A stretch of DNA of 64,000 nt from Phyllobates terribilis (taxonomy: Eukaryota). The stretch spans positions 110,608,001-110,672,000 of the forward strand of contig NW_027362773.1 of assembly GCF_046119375.1 (NCBI RefSeq). The letters run 5' to 3'. Positions 27,201-40,468 of the stretch are shown here, in pieces. Each line of letters opens with the position of its first letter. Positions within the stretch are counted from its first letter, which is position 1. Under the pieces are notes generated by a model, which saw only the letters and a program-made list of their open reading frames with translations, had not been told where the DNA came from and made no database searches. Position numbers and translations under genes: made by a program.

Positions 27201-30200
27201 CGCAAATAAATCCGCAGCATGTTCATTAATTTTGCGGAAGCGCAGCGGAATTGCCGCCTTTGACTTGCATTGAGATGCATAGAATCCGTGTCTGTACATT
27301 TGTACAAGCGGATTATATGCGTCTCTATGTGCAGATGGTACCCAGTTCTGGAGGAGAGGAGACTCTCATCCAGACCTGGGTACCACTGTACCTGTGAAAA
27401 AAAGAATAAAATAAAAAATAATTTATATTCACCTGTCCGGCGGCCCCTGCAGCGCTTATCTTCCAGGACCTGAGATGATGTTGCGGTCATGTGACCGCAG
27501 GCTGTCTCGCGAGATGCCGGCAACCTGGAAGAAGCCAGGACGAGCGCGACAACACACGCGGTGGGGGATCGGGGGTAAGTATAGCTTTATTTTTATGGTC
27601 ATACTATATAAATCCATGCCTTTTGCATGATTTATATAGTATGACCTAGTTGTCAATCACTTTCCAAGTGATGCTATCACCTGGAAAGTGCTTGTCAGTC
27701 CGCATGCGGAAACACATGCGTTAACGCATGTGAATCCGCATGTATTCTGCAGGAAAAACAAATGCACAATCTGCATGCGTTTTTTCTGCCAGGGAGATGC
27801 AGAAATTTTCTGCTTCATTTCTGCATCGTGGGCACATAGCCTAAAAGATACTTTTGTTGATCAAAAGACCATGGATTGTATCCTGATGTTTTCAAAGTGG
27901 GTTCCTTGGAGCGTTTAGGCTTGCATCCTGGCATTGAGTGCTGTTGGTCTTCCTATGTGTATAGGGGGCTTTTGAGATGCAGCTTTGATTTTTTTCTTAG
28001 CTTTGGACATGTTAAGTATGGAAGGTGCCAGTTTCAATGTTTCCAGCAAGTATAGAATATAATTAAAATGCATTGTGCAAGTGGGGTAATTGGAATCTAA
28101 TTTCCTATTCCTGGGACAGATTAGGGGAGAGCAGGGTTGACCTGTCTTGAAAGCAAAGTAATATGACACATATAATGCTGCACTTCCACAACCTGTAACT
28201 ACCACATATTATAAAGTGGATTCTGCTGCATTGTCTGTGCAAGCTGTCATAATGCCAGCATAGCCTAATAATCCTAAGGACAGTCCTGAGTGCCTACATC
28301 CAGCGTACCGTTAGATGACTGGGTATGACTAATGGGATGTGATCTCATGTGGGTGTGGAGATGTGACTGCTGCTACCAATACAATGGGCCCTTTGTATGT
28401 GCCACTATGGTGGGCTACATAACATGGTGGTTTTGAAGACTGCAATTTTTTTTATTTTTTTTTGGCCTAAGAAACCAGTCTTCCATCTTCCTTCTGATTC
28501 TTCACTTTATTTTTTTTCCATTCTCTTCTAGGCCTCCGGTGTGATGGTTGCCGATATTGTCGTTGAAATGTTCAATGCAATGAAGGTTCGCAAGTCTTGC
28601 TCTCCCGAGGAGGCAAAGAAGCGTCTGAAGGCCGTAATATTCTGCCTGAGTCCCGACAAGAAAACAATTATTCCAGAAGAAGGCAAAGTTATCTTAGTAG
28701 GAGATTGTGGTGTTAAAATCACCGATGCCTACAAGTCCTTTGTGGAAATGCTACCCTGTAACGACTGCCGCTATGCCCTATTTGACTGCTGCTATGAAAC
28801 AAAGGAGACTAGGAAAGAGGACCTGGTCTTTTTCTTCTGGTGAGATGCTGAGACCTAAAATTGCACTAGGAGTACAGAAAGTAATCCTTCAAAAAGGAAA
28901 AGATGACCTTTGGCATAAGGCCCTGAAGGAGTCATACCTTGGCAACTTGAGCAATAAATTTGATATCAGTAGGGTAGACAGTACTGCTGGGACCATTGCC
29001 ATTCAGGGGGACATATGGGACCTTAGCTGTTTAGACATTTGACTTAGTTATCTATGGCATACTAAGAGTAAGGGGAAGACCTAGGAAATATAACATGAAA
29101 TGGATATCTTTAGATGCCACATTCTCCAAACAGGAATTAGTGGTTTGACTATGCTAAGCTAAAAAGTTGGTGTAGCAGAGTGCCATGAGGTGGAAACGGT
29201 GCCACCCTGTGGTGGACATCTTTAACAATTTTTTTAAAATGAGTTGTCTGGTCCTCTAAGTCAAAGTGCAGACTTCTGAATCCTGACAATGTGTAGTGTG
29301 CATGCTGTCAGGATTCACTGGTAATGGTGAGAGCAGGTGGTCAGGTGACCACAAGTATGTGATTTGCAAACTTCCAGCCACATTCAGACTAGATGTGCCT
29401 GGCTTATCGCAACACAATTGAATTGGGAGAAGCAGAGTAGGTCTAGTAGGCATGTGGCTACCAGTGAATCACTACAGTGTACATACCACATGGTTTCTGG
29501 ATTCACAAGCCTGCAGTCAGAGTAACTAGAGACTAATCATACCAGACAACTTCTTTTAATGTTAGAAACCATGAATATCCAGGAAGCTTCTGCTTGTATC
29601 TTCCAGCTCCTCTTTGAGTTTGCCACTTGTAACTTCAAGCATATCTTCATTCTGTTTTGTAATTCCTTTCACCATAAATTCCATGGGCACAAAATTTGTC
29701 TGTAGACTGGTTTAGCACTAGTGTTGGTCAGTGCTGTATATTGGTCCCAATAGTGGTAGTCAGTACTTGTATTTGTCCCAGTGAGTGGCTTACTTCCCAG
29801 ACTGTTCAGTATGCAGGGTTAAGTGTATCCAATCCCAGTACCTCCCATTATTTGGAAAAATGGTTGAGGCACTGGTAGGGCCTAGAAAGCTGCTGATTAT
29901 CTACCCAAGGAAGGTAAAGGCTTAAGAATTTTTTAATCAAAGTCAGTATTTGTATATGGTAGATTCTGCACAAAAGTCAGATTTGTAATGCTTTCAGTAA
30001 AAAAACACTTTTGTGGCAAAATCCACTAGTGATTTTTTTTCCATTGTGTGAACCTACCAGGGTACCATATTGTCACATCTGATTTGGGGTCACACTTGTC
30101 TTGTTTGGCAGCACCTCTCCATCCAGAAAGCTACTGGTGGTAGCAAGGGACATGATCATCAATTCTTTCATTTCAAAGAAAAATTGTAACTCCACTTTCC

Positions 30201-31300
30201 CATGTTCATGAGTGTGAACAGTCAATTATTCAGGCTCTCGGAGCACGTGTTTGCACATCTGGTGGATTCCAGCAGATTTTTAAGCCAAAGTCTCCTGAGC
30301 ATCCTAATTCATTCTGCTGCTTTCTACATGCTAAAAATGCAAAGGTGAACTAGCTCTTACAGAAAAGGAACTAGGGAGAGACCACTTGGGCACTTAGTTT
30401 TCTTCATACCGGTGTTCAATGATCTCCCTACACACATCATGCAAATCATTTTCAGGGCTACAATAGCATAGCGTTTACAGTTGATGTAACTTGTGGTAGA
30501 TTATCAGATTTCTGCTTGCAGATTTTTGTAAGATACTAATCAAGTGAACTAGTGCATTCATTGTAATGATGCCATGAGGGTTGAGAGCAGCACAAGACTA
30601 GTGAGGCTGCACCAGTCTTGTTCAGTAGACACATCAATGTATCCCAGTATTGGTTCTTGTGTTTTAGCTGTTAAAGCCAACCCTGCTAAGACACCTTGCC
30701 CTATACTGTTACCAGTGCCTTTTATAGTAATAATCCCAGCTATACATAACACTTTCACATGGTAGAGGCATTTTGGCCAGACACTAAATGCAAACTGCCC
30801 AGTCAGGACTTCCCCAGCACAAACTGGGACCAGTTCAATGTGCATACACCAGTGCTGGTTTGCATTGATGCAACCTTTAGCATCTCGGTACACTCGGACT
30901 TGGAGGATTGTGATTACTCAATAACTGCAACCGATCTGGCATCAATAAAATAAAAATCTTAGACTGTGGAGAATATGGTTTAGATTTCCCAGTACTAAAT
31001 GTGTTTTTGTTTTTTGCAGGGCTCCTGAAGAAGCTCCACTGAAAAGCAAAATGATATATGCCAGTTCTAAAGATGCAATCAAGAAGAAGTTTCAAGGTGA
31101 GTGCCTGAAACTAATCTGTCTAATTGTATTCATATCATTCATGAAAATGAGTGACATATTTTTTTTTTTTTGTCTCTCCCTTTTCAGGCTGTAAGCACGA
31201 GGTGCAGGCAAACAACAGAGCTGACATAAAAGACCGTTGTACCCTGGCTGAGAAACTTGGTGGCAGCACTGTCACCTCTGTGGAAGGAGTACCTGTGTGA
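23371..31300 (+). CDS. cfl1: ADF/cofilin gene, probably cofilin-1: join(23371-23373, 28532-28839, 31020-31096, 31188-31300), 166 aa
   Basis: The 3/308/77/113-bp coding exon pattern is typical of vertebrate cofilins, and all introns are GT-AG. MASGVMV..., [25 protein letters not shown]. Adjacency to an ovol1-like gene favours cfl1 over dstn, although some residues are destrin-like. Confidence 0.85.
24938..25276. mobile_element. T2/Kolobok-type MITE in cofilin intron 1
   Basis: TTAA|AGAGGTT...AACCTCT|TTAA with a long internal inverted symmetry. Confidence 0.8.
27057..27841. mobile_element. PIF/Harbinger-type MITE in cofilin intron 1
   Basis: TAA|GGCTGTGTGCCCACGATGC ... GCATCGTGGGCACATAGCC|TAA. 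Confidence 0.8.
28532..28839 (+). CDS. cfl1: Cofilin exon 2 (308 bp)
   Basis: TTCTAG|GCCTCCGGT ... TTCTTCTG|GTGAG; ASGVMVAD...EDLVFFFW. Confidence 0.96.
31020..31096 (+). CDS. cfl1: Cofilin exon 3 (77 bp)
   Basis: TTGCAG|GGCTCCT ... TTTCAAG|GTGAG; [25 protein letters not shown]. Confidence 0.96.
31188..31300 (+). CDS. cfl1: Cofilin exon 4, coding part (113 bp)
   Basis: TTTCAG|GCTGTAAG...; [37 protein letters not shown]. Confidence 0.95.
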
Positions 31301-32301
31301 AGACCTCATTGCCTCCACTCCCAGTGTCTGTGCCACTTCTTAAAGGGGCTTCCATGTTATGATTCCCCCCCCCCCTTCCCCAACAGGGTCTCCTCTGTTG
31401 CCCTTAAACCCTACACTCCCTTTTGATAAGGGAATCATTCATTCTACAAGCCGGCTTCTCCAAGCCATCACCCTGCCCCAGCAGGCATTAATGTCCCTGT
31501 AGTACGTTTTTTTTTTTTTTTTTTTTTTTTTATTTTGTTTAACTTCCTTCCAACAGAGGCAGCTTTCCATCCTAGTTATGAACTGGTCCTCCTGCCCCTT
31601 CATTCATCACTTGCTTCCTAAGCCGAGTTATTTTGCCAAATGCAACCTGGCATCTTACCCACTTTTTCCCTCACAGCTCAGTGGTTACAAAACTGGGCTC
31701 TATAGATGTGGATATCGTAATCTAGACGTTTAAACATGCAAATTGTGGATCAAACTGCGGCCCATAACGTGCTGCTTGTGGGCTGGCCTCCAACATTCCC
31801 AGAACCAGCTTTTCACTATGTCAGATGAGCGCACCTCCAAATTCACTTTTCTGCAACATTCCTTTTTTTGTTACCCTCCTGGCATTTTGCAGGGTATTAA
31901 GTACTTGTAGTATTGTTAGGAAACCTTTTTAAGAAGCTTGTAACGGCACCTTTATTTGTAAACCTCCAGTAGCACAGAATTCCTTTTAACTTAAGCAGAG
32001 TATAGGACACAGCTCGTTGCTCCAGTCCTACATTCCATATTTCGTTTTTTGAAATAGATGGCCGCACATTAAGTAATTTTTTTTTTGCCAATTTCCTCAA
32101 TTCGATGACCCTTATTTAAACACTTGTGTGTTTAGAGTTGGATCTATTGGAGGGTAAAGAAATAGATGACTGAAGCCTTTCACCGCCTACAACTCCCTTT
32201 CCCCATTCCCCCAACTTTCCTCAGTCACCTGTTCATTGCGGTCTTTAATTCCTTTTGTCTTGCGTTACTAATATGGAAGTCATAATGGCAGATCTGACAT
32301 T

Positions 32302-32315
32302 AATAAACCAATAAA
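32302..32315 (+). terminator. Tandem polyadenylation signals of cofilin
   Basis: AATAAA at 32302 and 32310, followed by the GU-rich TGTCTTGTTTGT. Confidence 0.75.
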
Positions 32316-35300
32316 GGAATCAGTTTCATGTCTTGTTTGTATTTCTTATATTTCCTTATTTGAAATACTGGTAAGAGCAGATTTTCCCAATGACGGGATG
32401 GGTTTTAAATGTTTGGTTGCTAGAAAGGGGCATGGTCCCAAGCCACTTCCATTTGCTGAGGCTGACAGATCCATGGAGAGAAGAATCTTTTGGTCCATTC
32501 AGTGGAGAGGAATTGAGGCTTCTCTTCTCTGGTTGCAATTACTGGGGTAATATGTAGTGAGTTGTTGGGGGTTTTTTTTTTTGGTGGATGCCATAATGCA
32601 GGTTTCCAGTACATCCCCATGACAGCACCTTAGGAGGAGTAATCCCATATCCTGTGTAGGGACAGGAAGCACAAGAAGTTAAAAGCCCTCCCACCCCCAA
32701 CCTCATCAGTGTTTTTCCAGTCCCTACACAGGACAGGGAGTACAGGAGGAGCGCTGGTGCAGGAGCACTGATGTGAAGACAGATACCTCAGGGGGGCCAC
32801 AGCTCTCTCCTTCCCGCCGCCAAGCTTGTCCTGGGCCGACACTTCCTGTCGGGAGTCCCTCAGCCCTCTGGTGTGCTGGAGCCTCCGGGTGCCGCTTCCC
32901 CATCGCCGGGGCTCTCGGTGTCCTGCTACGTGCAGGTCTGGCTTCTCCTGGCTCCGGAACCGCCCGGCGTCGAAAGCGGAAGTTCGGGATGACTACTTCC
33001 GGTGGCGGTTGCGTGGGAAATTCAAACCACAGTGAAGACCAGGGAGCAAGGAAAACGACTGGGCGACCAGGTAAGGCATAGGAAGGGGGGGCTGGGGAGC
33101 ACAAAGACAAACTAACAGCTTGGGCACCCCTAACAGCAAAATGGCAGGGATGTCTTGCCCTGATACCCTCCCTGGATTGCCTCAGTCATGTAAGTGTACC
33201 ATTACCTCCTTTATATGGTTAGTGGAGCTTACTCTTACCAGGCCCTCCATATCTTTTATAGGATCTATCTGGGCAGTTACCACCTCCTTCTAAGAAATAG
33301 AAGGATACAGGGAAAAAAGGCCACAGTAAAATCCAAGAGGTGCCTGGATTGTAATATTAGACTTCCAGACTCCTAAACAAAGCGTCTATGTGCTGAGTGT
33401 AGAGCCTCCATGCTAAAGGAGGAGCACGGGGCTTTATCAAATGAGATGTGTAATATAATCAAAGAAGAAGTTCAGGCTTCTATTCTCTGTAGCCCCCAGG
33501 GGATGAGATGTTTTGTGGTCTTAGAACCCAGAGATCCATGGTTTTTCCTGTTAAAAGCCCATGTGAAGGACATGATACTGGGGGAATGGGAGGATGTGGA
33601 GAAGAGACTATACCACAAGACTTCCGCCCGACTATCTTTTGACCCAGGGGACACTATTCCTAAAATTGACTGGTGGCTAAGGTGGTCAAGAAAACCTCTA
33701 TACCCTTTGAAGACTTGTCAGGACTTAAAGATCCTATGGATAGGAAGGCGGATGGACTTTTGCAAAAAGCCTGGGAAGCTTCAGTAGCAATTATTAAATC
33801 TAATATCGCTGCTACATCTATTGCCAGATCCATGAGAGTCTGGCTAGAGGAGCTAGAAAGTCTCCTACACGATGGCACCCCCAGGGAATCTCTCCTTCAA
33901 TCATTGCCCCTATTAAAAATGGCAACAAATTTTATGGCCGATGCTTCAGCGGAATCAGTCAGATTTGCGGCCAGAAATAATGCGCTTTCCAACTCAGCCC
34001 GAAGAGTTGTTTGGTTAAAACATGGTCTGGAAATACAGCTTCTAAGAACAAACTGTGCTCCATTCCATTTTCAGGGCTCAGGGTATTCGGACCTGTACTA
34101 GATGACTTCCTAGAAAAAGTGTCCGATTAAAAAAGAATGGCTTCCCTGAGGAGAAAAAAGTTTTTCAGAAACAGTTTGCATCGGGTAACTCATCCCTCAA
34201 TACTAACAACTATAGCACAGGGTTACAGGATAGAATTTTCTCAAAATTCCACCTGGCGAGAGGTTCCCCTACCTCTTTCCTGTCTGCAGGCAGACATAGA
34301 GAAGCTGCTGCATCAGGGTTATTGTACCAGTTCCAGAACATGAATAACATCAGGGCCATTACTCCTCCCTGTTTTCAATAAAGAAACCGTCAGGGGAGTT
34401 CCATATGATTATCAACCTGAAACCCTTAAACCGGTGGGTCCACTACAAGATATTCTGCAGGGAATCAGTAAGATCAGCCATCCCTCTAATAGACGCGGAT
34501 GCGGTAATGTGCACCCTGGACCTTAGGGATGCATACTACCACCTGCTGATACATTCCTGAAGTCCGCAATATCTGAGGTTTGCACTACTATCAGGCAGTC
34601 AGATTCTACACTACCAGTTCCAATGTCTTCCCTTTGGCCTGTCATCTGCTCCCAGAATCTTTACAAAGATCATGGCAGAGGTGGTAGCCTGTATCCGTCA
34701 GATATTACCATCATTCCGTACTTAGACGACTCCCTGTTGGTAGCAGGATCTCCTCTAGATATGACGCAACATCTGGAACTTGTCCTACGGACATTAACCA
34801 GCCTGGGTTTGATGTGTGACAACTGGATTTTTCTTTGCTCACAATCTTCCTGGGAGTCCATCTCAACTCCCGAATACGAATATCTTGTCTCCCGGAAGAC
34901 AAGATGCTCTCAATTCCACAAAGGATTCGTTCTTTTGCAAGAGAGAAGAATCCTTCAATTCGGAAGGCAACGAGTATTTTGGGAATCATGACATCATGCA
35001 TCTCCTGTGTCAGATGGAGCCAGTTCCATTCCAGGCCTCAACAGAAATGCATCCTGGAAGTGACAGATGGACATCAGAATTGCCTAGACAGGAAGATGTC
35101 TTTGTCCAGAAACGCCCAGGACTCTCTACACTGGTGGCTCGACCAGAAGAATCTATGGAAGAGTGCAGTGAATTCTGGAACCCTGTATTTTAGTGACCAC
35201 GGACACAAGTCTCTCAGGATGGGGAACTCGAGTGGGAGATTCTTCTCTCCAAGGAACATGGTCCACGGAGATTCAGACCCGATCATCTAATTTTCGGGAG

Positions 35301-35984
35301 CTACAGGCAATCTGGGAAGCCCTACAGAGAAGCCGGGGCGGTCTTAAAAGACAAACATGTAAAAATTTTGTCGGACCACATCACGGCAGTCTTTCATCAG
35401 ACATCAGGGCGGACCAGGACATCCACTTCTCCAGTCCCTGGCCAACGGGATATTCTTAGGTATAGAGAAGATAGTGAGCTCCATTTCAGCAGTTCACCTT
35501 CGGGGATCTGACAATCAGGAGGCAGATTACCTCAGAAGGCTTCAGAATGGGAACTGAAGGAAGAGGTGTTCCAGCAATTAACCCGCAGATCGGGTCAGCC
35601 GCACCTAGACCTTTTTGCATCCAGAACAAATGCAAAGATGACATCTTTCTTCTCTCTCGACCCAGGAGATCATCCTCTGGCAGTGGACGCACTCTCACAA
35701 TATTGGGGAGAGGGCCTAACATATGCCTTCCCACCTGCTCTTCTAATTCCGAGAATGCTGCGATAAATTCAGGAAGATCGGGCGACTGTCCCGTTCTGTT
35801 CAAGGAGAAGTTGGTTCTCCCTTCTACGTCATCTAGTGTTGGAAGACCCAATCATTTTTTCCTTTTCAGGAAGATCTTCTGACGCAAGGTCCACTGTTTC
35901 ATCAGAATTTTCAACAGCTCCAGTTCTCCGCTTGGCTTCTGAAGGGGAGATCCTGAAGAACAAGGACTTATCTGCCTGAGTGAT

Positions 35985-36868
35985 TCAGACTATGAATGCT
36001 AGTAGAAAACCTGTAACCCAGGCCATATATAAAAAAAGTCTGGAGGACCTTTTGTAATTTCCACAGGACGGTAGACACCTCTCAGCCAGACATCCCTGTG
36101 ATCCTTGATTTCTTGCAGGCAGGATTGACGCAGGTCTTAGACCAAGTACCTTGAAGGTGCAGATTGCGGCACTAGGTGCTTTCTTCGACACATCATTGTC
36201 CTCGCATCCCTGGATAATCGGGTTTGTCAAGGCAGTCCAGAGACTTAGGCCTACACAGAATTTCTTCCCCTCCGTGGGATCTGAATCTTGTCCTGAGAGT
36301 CCTTTTCAAACCTGCCTTCGGCCCAGTTAATAATTTGGGAATAAAGAACTTGACTCTGAAAACAGTCTTCTTGGTGGCAATCACCACAGCTAAACGGTTG
36401 GATGAAATCCAGGCTCTATCTGTCGTCAAGCCTTCTATGCAGATTCGGGATGATTGCATCATTCTGAAACTGGATCAAAGTTTCTCTTCTAAGGTGGTGT
36501 CATCGATGACCTTAAACCAAGAAGTGGTTCTTCCATCATTCTGCGAAAACCCTAGGAATCAGAGGGAGGAAGAGTTCCACCATCTTGATGTCCGCAGAGC
36601 AGTGTTGGCCTATTTGGAGGCCACTCGGAACTGGAGATTAGACTCTAACCTTTTTATACAGTTTGGGGGAAAAAATAGAGGCAGGAAGGCTTCAAGACCA
36701 TCCTTAGCTAGATGGGTCACATCCATGATTAATCTAGCATATCTTTCAGAAGGACAGCCTCCCCCTGAAATTATCAAAGCCCATTCCACCAGAGCAATTT
36801 CCACCTCATGGGCAACTAGAGCAGGGGCTACCATTGAACAAATGTTTGCAGAAAGTAGTATGTCCTGA
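35985..36868 (+). pseudogene. DIRS tyrosine recombinase remnant
   Basis: PPWDLNLVL...LKTVFLVAITTAKR..EIQALS...HHLDVRRA..AYL...AHSTRA. Confidence 0.9.
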
Positions 36869-36989
36869 CCATGTGGCTGCGGTACATGACAAGCTAGATG
36901 TTCTCTCACAGCAGAGATCTGCGTTTGGTAGGAAGGTACTTCAGGCAATTATCCCACCCTAAGCTATGAGTTCTTGGGTATACTCCTAT

Positions 36990-37070
36990 GGTGCTGTCAT
37001 GGGGACATACTGGAAAACCGGAATTAGTCTTATCGGTAATGATGTTTCCAGGAGTCCACATGACGGCACC
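36990..37070 (+). repeat. DIRS internal complementary region (ICR)
   Basis: The 5' part is complementary to the left terminus (TTTCCAGTACATCCCCATGACAGCACC) and the 3' part to the right-terminal extension (37258-37311). Confidence 0.92.
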
Positions 37071-38791
37071 CTTATTTCCCTCCCTATATTGCTACTGTAT
37101 GTGATTCTAACATATATGTCTAAGCAGTCTAAAATAAAATTTTGTTGTACCCAGCCAATGTGGTTCTTGGAAAATCACTGAGGAGGTTGGGGGTGGGAGG
37201 GCTTTTAACCTCTTGTGCTTCCTGTCCCTACACAGGATATGGGATTACTCCTCCTACGGTGCTGTCATGTGGACTCCTTGAAACATCATTACCGGTAAGA
37301 CTAATTCCGGTTTTTACATCTATGTATGATGGTCCCAATTTATTTAGACTGGTGTCTTACAGCCCAATAGGTGTGCTGGCATACGATTTGCCTAAAAAAA
37401 AATTGTAACATCCACCTTCATCAATTTTCACCATCTTACAACTTGCCAAAAAAAGTGACTACAGCCAGGAGCTGGTTTACATGTCTGGCTTGGACCAGGG
37501 TCACGTCATGGCCACATGTCTGAACTAAATGCAGGCACATCCACCAACGAGGCCATGGACTGATAAAGCAGACTGAGTCAGTTTGTGCTTGAAGCTTTTC
37601 TGCAGAGTGATGGCTTCAGTAAAACCACAGGATTGTCTTGATCCTGGTTGTTTTGGTGAGGTGAAGGCTGTATAGATGAGGGAAATAATGGTAACAAGTT
37701 CTACAGTCACTTCCAACTTTTCCTTGTGAAGCAGATTCTTCTCCAAAAACTGTTTGCACATACAGAAGCCTTAGGCCGGTTTACAGTGGCAATTAAAATA
37801 GTTGTTACGGCTGCGCAGTTGAGGGTGAAATGGCTTTTCTTGCTGCAATAACAAATGAGCAATTTGAAACGGGGTTTAATTTAAAAGACATCTTTACTTT
37901 TTATTAAGATCACTGATACTCTTTATTTGTAGCACCATACCCAGGTTGTCACTTATAACAGTATCCAATCCCATCCTCTGCACTAAATGCACTGCTGACT
38001 TTACATCTCATGCCCATTACATGCAAATTTCACTATTTCCTGTATTTTGAATAGTATTTGCTGCCGATCCCTCCCAAAAAATACCCTTTATGTCATGTTT
38101 TCACAAAATTTTTTTTTTTTTTTTTTTAAAGTGGATCCTCCTCCAAAAAAGTCAAATACTTTTGTCATAAGATTACTAATATCAGTAGGAAAACACATCT
38201 ATAATGTATTTTTTTTTTTTTTTTTCTTTTTTTTTTTTTCTCTTCTTTTCCCACATCCCCTCCCCGCCTTCACCTAACATGGGAGGGGGGGGGGGGTGAT
38301 TGTCAATTCTCAAAATTAACCAGCAAAAATGGCAAGTGTGAACAAGACCATGTGGGGACAGGGGTGTTGCCTCATGTTGGAAGTGTTGCAAATGTGACAT
38401 ACTAAACTGCTAAAAAAAACAACAAAAATGCCCTAAATTGGGTGTACTTTCATATAGTACCCAATGACATGGCAATTCAGATTAGAAGACATTTAAAGCC
38501 ATATACATGAGCTTAAAATGTAGCACATGGTCTGGTCCCTATAGGTTTCCACTACAGAGCTGTAGGAACTCAATGTGCTCCTCTGGGGCTTATGTATGAG
38601 ACCCCCAAAGTTTGTGTAACAAATGATTAAAAATTGTCCACCCTGATTTAAAAAAAAAAATAAAAAATCAGAATGTCTAAATAGTGGATTAACCATACTG
38701 ATGACCCCCCCCACCTGCTGCTTGTGATTGGCTGCTGAGGTCACATGCCCATGTACAAAGTAAAGAGAATGCTGAAGTGGACAACCCCTTA

Positions 38792-40468
38792 ACCCTGAAG
38801 GTGGTGCGCACGGTAATGTCCAGGCCACCTTTTACAATTCTGACTACTGTCCCTTTATGAGGTAATTACCCTGGAACGCTTCAAAGGATCCCCCTGATTC
38901 TGAGACTTTTTTTTTTCGTGATATATTGTACTTCATGGTAGTGAAAATTTCTTAATGACTTGTATTGCTTTGTGAAAAAATTGGAAATTTGGCAACTTTC
39001 ATTCCCTTAAATCAGATGTCACACAAAATAGTTAATAACATTTCCCACATGTGTACTTTACATCTGCACAATTTTGGAACAAACTTTTTTTTTTTTTTTT
39101 TTTAGGAAGTTAAATTGCTGGTCAACTTAACCATTATCATTTTTTCCAACAATTTACAAAACCCTCTTGTTTTGGACCACATTTGAAGTGACTTGGAGGG
39201 GCCTTTATGACAGAAAATACCCTAAAGTGCCATTCTAAAAACTGTACCCCTCAAGGTGCTCAAAACAACATTCAAGAAGGTTATTAACCCTTCAGATGCT
39301 TCACAGGAATTTTTGGAGTGTTTCACAAATATTACATTAGACCTAACTTTTTATTTTCGCAAGGGTAACAGGATAAAAAGGACCACAAAATGTTGTACAA
39401 TTTCTCCTCAGCATGCCGATACCCCATATGAGGGGGAAAACCACTGTTTGGGCGCACGGCAGGGTTCGGAGGGGAAGGGGCACCATTTGACTTTTTGAAT
39501 GTAAAATTTGCTTGAAAAATTAGCGGATGCTACTTGGGGAGCCCCTAATGTACCTAAAAAGTGGAAACTGCCTACAACTGACCCAATTTTGGAAGCCAAA
39601 CCCCATAAGGAACTTGTCTAGATGTGTGGTGAGCACCCTGAACCCCCAGGTGCTTCACAAAAGTTGATAACGTAGACGTGTGAAAATAAAAAATCAAACT
39701 TTTTCCATAAAAATGATCTTTTAGCCCCAATCTTTTTATTTTCACAAGGGTAAGAGGAGAAAATGGACCTCAAGCTGTTGTGCAATTTCTCCTGAGTACG
39801 CCGATACCCCATATGTGGGGAAAATACACTGTTTGGGCGCATGGCAGAGTACAGAAGGGAAGGAGCACTGTGTGACTTTATGAACCCAAATTTGGCTGGA
39901 ATCGAGAGCGGACGCCATGTCGCGTTTTGAGCCTCTGATGTGCCTAAGCAGTGGAAACCCCCACACAAATCCACAAATTACCCCATTTTGGAAACTAGAC
40001 CCCTCAATGATTTTATAGGGGAACATTTTGAACCCAGAGGTACAACACAGAATTTGATAACATTAGGTCATCATATTGAATAAGTTATCATTAGTCTTGA
40101 GCGCAAGTGCTCGCTACTTGAGTTTGCATCGGGTACTCGGGTATGCACCATGTATTGCGGGTGCTCGAGTGATGTGCTCGTGGCCCCGCCCTGCATGTTT
40201 TGCGGTTATTAGACACCCAAAAAAAACATGCAGGGATCGGTCGTGCATGACTATCAATCCCTACGTGTTTTTTTTTGGGCTGTATAACAGCCGCGGAATC
40301 TATTGAATTCTGCTCCCGGAATGCTGTGATCGACTTCAATCGCAGCATTTCGGGAGTTCATGTGCCGGGAGCGCCCGCGCAGCCTCCGTGTGGGTGCGAT
40401 CGGTGAGGCGTAATAATACGTACTTGGTCATTAAGGCCACGTATTACTCCCCACGTCTAAAAGGAGTT
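38792..40468. mobile_element. Non-autonomous piggyBac-like (TTAA) element with internal ~385-bp direct subrepeats
   Basis: TTAA|CCC start and AAGGAG|TTAA end; 39354-39490 is repeated at 39740-39876; no coding remnant. Confidence 0.55.

Larger units (their letters stand above)
32603..37313 (+). mobile_element. DIRS1-type tyrosine-recombinase retrotransposon, decayed
   Basis: Inverted terminal repeats at 32603-32718 / 37169-37275 plus a 3' extension, and an internal complementary region at 36990-37070. ORF remnants: gag-like (about 33410-34100), RT (IPYLDD at about 34710), RNase H (TTDTSLSGWG), MT-like (LDLFAS) and YR (HSTRAISTSWA). No TSD, as expected. Confidence 0.95.

Noticed and set aside
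37525-37761. Minus-strand ORF as an snx32 remnant
   Set aside because: No PX or BAR-like motifs were recognised; this would need tBLASTn.
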